64,000 bases of DNA from Macrostomum lignano (lineage: Eukaryota). The position numbers and the translations under genes are program-made. Positions 60,303 to 64,000 of the stretch are shown one piece after another. Numbering within the stretch: position 1 is the first letter of the stretch; the number at the start of each line of letters is the position of its first letter. Below the pieces are notes generated by a model. That model was not told the origin of the DNA and did not search any database. It was given only the letters and a program-made list of their open reading frames with translations. The stretch spans positions 1 to 64,000 of the forward strand of contig NIVC01001907.1 in NCBI GenBank assembly GCA_002269645.1. The letters are read 5' to 3'.

Positions 60303-60876
60303 ATTAATTCAGTGCATAATCCCTCAATGTTCGGATCGCATGCCACCCCCCCCCCCAATTTCCGCATGTACAGTGACAGCGCTACACTTGACATTTTGTT
60401 TATTTGCACAGAATCGACTGAAGGTCTTTGTCGTCTAAAATACGCCGAAAAGCTACACGTTATTCATGAATTGAATCGCTTAGTGCGCCGTGTTCTCCTT
60501 CCCGTTAAAACAAAGACTTCTTAATAGCTTTTCCCCTGCCAGGTGATGTCAATTATAACCGTATCAAATCGAACGTGCCCGAAAAAGGTTTCTGACGAAT
60601 TGCAGCTGCAAGACCGAACATGAACTGACATGGGCCCAGCCCTGCAGCCTCACTCGTGACTTACCCCCTAGCAACAGCAAATCCGCGAAGGACACCCCTG
60701 CTCTGCAAGTGTGTCTGCAGCCAGCCAATAGGTGACTGCGGTAGGGGTAATTCTGGTAATAAAAACACTGTCGGTCCCTTCGTGCAGATCCTTAGTTTGC
60801 GCAAAATTCATTCACTTCCATCTTTGTTTCCTTGATCCCTGCAATACTAATTGCTGTGTTCCCGATTCAGAACTGC

Positions 60877-60956
60877 ATGGGAACAGCCGGCATGCGTCTC
60901 TTAGTGCTCACTGCTGCTCTGCTGCAGCTGGCCTGCGGACAGATTGACTACGCCAA
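60877..60956 (+). CDS. Cys-loop LGIC-like gene exon 1 (signal peptide)
   Basis: MGTAGMRLLVLTAALLQLACGQIDYA-AA|GTGAGT; phase 2 fits exon 2. Confidence 0.75.
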
Positions 60957-60967
60957 GTGAGTTCTGT

Positions 60968-61469
<502 letters not shown>

Positions 61470-62088
61470 GTAAATTTTGACAGTAACATAATCAAACGCG
61501 AATGCAGGTAGGAGTTCAGAGAGTCTTATAGATGACAGAAAAGGTGACACAAGGTATTAGTTGAAATCAAAACAAACAACAAATCATAGTTATGTTGACC
61601 CCGACAAATCTAACAAAAATTTTTAGCCTCCGCAGTCCCAGGATTCGTTCCTGTCGAGTTTTCCCGCGCTTAATTAGCGCGAATGTCTAATCGGGAAGTG
61701 CCGGTGTCGGATAAATTTTGCGGCCTCATCATCGAGGAGAGGCTGGATGGGGTATAAACTATGCGGGTCTGGCCGATCCCCCTCTTCATCACTTTAATTC
61801 TTGCTGCTCCTAGAAGATTCTGCTTATTGGACAAACACAACAATTTCTAGCGCCGCCAGGGAGCGCTGCTGATGGGTCCTTGGTGAACACAGACAGCTGT
61901 AAGGGGGAAGGCGTGGGGCAGGCAACTCTGACTACCAGCGCTAGGACCTGGCAGCTCCGGACCTGATCCTGGTGATCCATCATGCGCCATGCTGAGGCAG
62001 CTGCCATGTTAATCCGCTTGGATGCTGGTTCGTTACCGGCACTTATCGAATAGACACGGAACCAATTATTGCAGCTTTTTACCTGCCT

Positions 62089-62302
<214 letters not shown>

Positions 62303-62306
62303 CCAG

Positions 62307-62448
62307 GGCCGCCAGCACCGAGTCAGTCAAGGAGCACATCAGGGCACTGTACATGAACATGGATGTACCTGAGATCGGTCCTGGAGACGGTGGTGGCGTG
62401 CTGAACGTGTCGCTAAGCATTGGCAGCATTCTGAAGCTGGCTGATCAT
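62307..62448 (+). CDS. Cys-loop LGIC-like gene exon 2
   Basis: CCCAG|G ... CAT|GTGAGG; ..PEIGPGDGGGVLNVSLSIGSILKLADH resembles the P..V.V.L.I..I..L beta-1/2 pattern. Confidence 0.8.
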
Positions 62449-62523
62449 GTGAGGTTTCCTGTTATCTAGTCTCATGCTGCAGCGCATAAACTCTCAATGA
62501 GATTCGCTAAAACAATTCCACAG

Positions 62524-62741
62524 CACCTGGATCTGGCCTTCACGTTGGATCTGCGCTGGCGCCACAAATTCCTGGACGTTCTGGTGGACAGCATGGAGGC
62601 CATCCCGCTGAATCGCCAGAAGCTTTGGACGCCCCAGTTTGTCTTCGTGAATGTTCAATCGGTCACCGAGGATCAGAGCTCCCTGTCGCTCAAGCTGGCC
62701 GGAATGGACCCGTCGAGAAGGGCTGTGGTGTATAAGGTTTG
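62524..62741 (+). CDS. Cys-loop LGIC-like gene exon 3
   Basis: CCACAG|CAC ... TG|GTGAGT; LAFTLDLRW..KLWTPQFVFVN resembles the L.F.L...W and (I/L)W.PD..F.N loop A motifs. Confidence 0.85.
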
Positions 62742-62751
62742 GTGAGTAGCA

Positions 62752-63208
62752 CCCACTCGGACAGACACTCAATAGAACAGATACCCACTCGGATAGACAC
62801 CCCACTCGGACAGACACCCCACTCGGACAGTTACCCCACTCGGACAGACAACCCACTCGGACAGACACCCCACTCGGACAGACAGCCCACTCGGACAGAC
62901 ACCCCACTCGGACAGACACCCCACTCGGACAGACACCCCACTCGGACAGACACCCCACTCGGACAGACACTCCACTCGGACAGACACCCCACTCGGACAG
63001 ACACCCCACTCGGACAGACACCCCACTCGGACAGACACCCCACTCGGACAGACACTCACTCGGACAGACAGCCCACTCGGACAGACACCCCACCCGGACA
63101 GACACCCACTCGGACAGACAGCCCACTCGGACAGACACCCACTCGGACAGACACCCACTCGGACAGACAGCCCACTCGGACAGACACTCCACTCGGACAG
63201 ACACCCAC
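62752..63208. repeat. 17-19-bp minisatellite (CCCACTCGGACAGACAC) filling intron 3
   Basis: Runs almost from donor to acceptor. Confidence 0.97.
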
Positions 63209-63226
63209 TGCCCGGCACTCCCGCAG

Positions 63227-63309
63227 GCACAGAGCCAGGATCCGATGCGATGGTCCCGCAATGCAGCATCCATTTGGCGACATCCTTTGCGTGTTAATCT
63301 TCGAAGAAG
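63227..63309 (+). CDS. Cys-loop LGIC-like gene exon 4 (Cys loop)
   Basis: CCCGCAG|G ... GAAG|GTGAGC; C-DGPAMQHPFGDIL-C is exactly C-x13-C and contains PF. Confidence 0.88.
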
Positions 63310-63389
63310 GTGAGCTCTGACAAGCTTTGAATTTAGAATTTATGATTACTAAATTGAGCAATACATTCGGACTATCGGCTTGATTTTAG

Positions 63390-63515
63390 CAAACCCGGAG
63401 AACCAGCGCTCCATCCACATGAGCCTCGGCAGGCGGCACCAGCTCAACTGCACCCGGGTGGACGATCAAAGATACTCGTTCGTCTATCGGCTGTCCAAGC
63501 CGTTCACCGACAATG
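63390..63515 (+). CDS. Cys-loop LGIC-like gene exon 5; downstream exons unresolved
   Basis: TTTTAG|CA ... AATG|GTAGCT; open and phase-consistent. Confidence 0.7.
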
Positions 63516-64000
63516 GTAGCTAGTTAGGTCATGCATTTCACACAGTTATGCATGCACACAAGGTGGCGCTCTGATGTGCCAGCGGCCCAGGCTCGATTCC
63601 AAGTGCAGTCGCATTAATTTGGGGCTAAATTGGAATCTCAGCTTGGCTCTGCTCGTGCAGTTAACGGCCTTGAGGACCGACCCCCAAGCCACAGTGAAGT
63701 GTACATGCCTGAAGATAAATAAAGTTGGGTCGCTGTACACTCCTGTGTGAGTGCCTGCTCAGGGGAGTCGGCGGAATGGGCAGTAATGCCTCTCGCCAGT
63801 TGTGTGACAATTTCGCTTAAAGTGAGACAGGGTGCACAGCACCCCCTGCCTCTAAAAAATAGCCCTGATTTTTTATTCTGCAGGCATGTACACTGTCTGT
63901 GCCTTGGGGGTTGGCCATCATGGCTGTTTACGCACAACTTACCGGCCAATTTTAACGCTCACATGCTCCAAACGAATGTTGAGTAGTTTATTGAGTAGTT

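Noticed and set aside
59872-60438. 188-aa ORF with SDILNSL heptad repeats
   Set aside because: It is a read-through of the 21-bp minisatellite, with no splice or homology support.
58490-60600. Scattered candidate exons (58508-58745, 59648-59715, 60543-60595)
   Set aside because: I could not assemble a phase-consistent model or recognise a product.
60590-60625. CTGACGA followed by a small hairpin (possible fifth hammerhead)
   Set aside because: No GAAA directly after the stem and no helix I partner.

Overview
Repeat-rich eukaryotic (animal) genomic DNA. The minisatellite-filled introns, (GACT)n/(GACA)n arrays and gene content resemble the flatworm Macrostomum; this is an inference, not proven. 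Genes reconstructed by hand from splice sites and phase: (1) the 5' ~two-thirds of MED23 (Mediator subunit 23), minus strand, 11 exons from 26305 down to 141, continuing off the left edge; (2) a two-exon divergent RPS27/eS27 (minus, 41591-42700); (3) an intronless TRAF-family gene (44501-45223); (4) an intronless GT32 DxD glycosyltransferase (55389-56594); (5) the first five exons of a divergent Cys-loop ligand-gated ion channel (60877-63515); (6) two unidentified coding exons. The most notable non-coding features are four type I minimal hammerhead-ribozyme motifs in a tandem, Penelope/retrozyme-like repeat inside a MED23 intron (antisense to the gene). Also present: a 5.7-kb foldback/MULE-like element with ~1.5-kb TIRs and a 9-bp TSD, carrying a mosaic of captured Gypsy and LINE fragments and nested in a 9.8-kb TIR element; and a nested stack of GG-TIR element > Helitron(s) > mariner in MED23 intron 1. 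Most long ORFs in the supplied track are artefacts of tandem repeats. There is one assembly gap (54526-54574), and several single-base indels in otherwise intact genes look like consensus errors.
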